This document shows, piece by piece, positions 63,303 through 64,000 of a stretch of DNA of 64,000 nt. The notes under the pieces were generated by a model, which did not search any database, was not told where the DNA came from, and saw only the letters and a program-made list of their open reading frames with translations. Each line of letters starts with the position of its first letter. The first letter of the stretch is position 1. Location of the stretch: assembly GCA_963693365.1 (NCBI GenBank), contig CAVNZM010000017.1:1031989-1095988 (forward strand), read 5' to 3'. The translations under genes were made by a program, and so were the position numbers. This stretch comes from Amoebidium appalachense. Its lineage: Eukaryota; Protista; Ichthyosporea.

Positions 63303-63699
63303 CTACTCAATGAAAAATGGCGTTGCAACAGCCCCCAGCCTCTCCACAGCCTCCACATTTTCCGCCACACCATCATTGGACCCCCCCTTGAGCTTTTCCG
63401 CAATCTCTTTCGCCCTCCTCCTCCAATCAGATTGCGGATCGAGGGCGCGATCTACGCTCTGCACACACGTATCGAGAAATTGGTCCATGTGAACGGGATC
63501 CGGGCCTACGCCCAATTGGGCGACACGGGTGCCCCAAAACCTCTGGTCCAATAGGAGAAGGCCCGTTACTATGCTCGGAACGCCAGCCAATAGTGTTTCA
63601 GCAGTTGTTCCCAGGCCCCCGTGATGAACAACACAATCAGCCAATGGAAAGAGGGCATCATATGGGGCAGCGGGAACCTCGATCAGACGGGCTGCCTCC
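63303..63699 (-). CDS. Last exon of a GT1 UDP-glycosyltransferase (sterol 3-beta-glucosyltransferase-like); upstream exons lie outside the window
   Basis: Acceptor CCCACAG|G at 63700/63699, then EAARLIEVPAAPYDALFPLADCVVHHGGLGTTAETLLAGVPSIV..DQRFWG..GVGP, which is the UGT/PSPG-type signature. TAG stop at 63303-63305. Confidence 0.9.
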
Positions 63700-63843
63700 C
63701 TGTGGGGGTCACGGTAGGGGTGTGTGTGCGTGGGAAGGGGGAGGGGGGGGGGGGAAGGGGGGGGAGGAGGGGGATGTAGAGTGTGCGGGGGTGGGTGGAG
63801 GGTATGGGAGGAAGGGCCGGGGGGAGGGGGGAGGCGGGGGAAA

Positions 63844-63888
<45 letters not shown>

Positions 63889-64000
63889 GGTTCAAAGGGA
63901 GGATTAGTAGTTGTAATTAGCAGCTGGAATGTTATGAACGGTCAATATGGGCGGGTAAGGGAGTTGTTGAGCAAACCAAAATAAAACATCATGGGTCACC

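Overview
Eukaryotic nuclear DNA with GT-AG introns. The gene content (GT71 mannosyltransferase, sterol glucosyltransferase, RGS protein) suggests a unicellular opisthokont, possibly an ichthyosporean; this is inference only. Introns and intergenic DNA are saturated with poly-G/poly-C, (CA)n/(TG)n and (GA)n/(CT)n tracts, so almost all ORF-track entries are low-complexity artefacts. Manual splicing gave these genes: an intronless Ser/Thr kinase (-, runs off the left edge); a 2-exon GT71 mannosyltransferase (+); a 7-exon 3x cNMP-binding + RGS protein (+); an intronless orphan ORF with a faint IRF-like Trp pattern (+); a 4-exon GT25-like glycosyltransferase (-); a 14-exon ~1710-aa secreted protein (DNRLRE/CBM96-like domain, Thr linker, two parallel beta-helices, and a bacterial-type domain nested inside the second helix) (+); and the last exon of a GT1 sterol-glucosyltransferase-like gene (-). 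Also present are a decayed Cys-rich/PAN-like pseudogene, a frameshifted ORF of probable retroelement origin, two hAT-type MITEs (one only 32 bp), a palindromic TATTGNCAATA array and a minisatellite. The most notable signals are a ~110-170 bp repeat found only in introns, always in host-sense orientation and ending in a branch-point-like CTAAC usually followed by poly-C; the cyclic-nucleotide-sensing RGS; and the nested-domain beta-helix protein.
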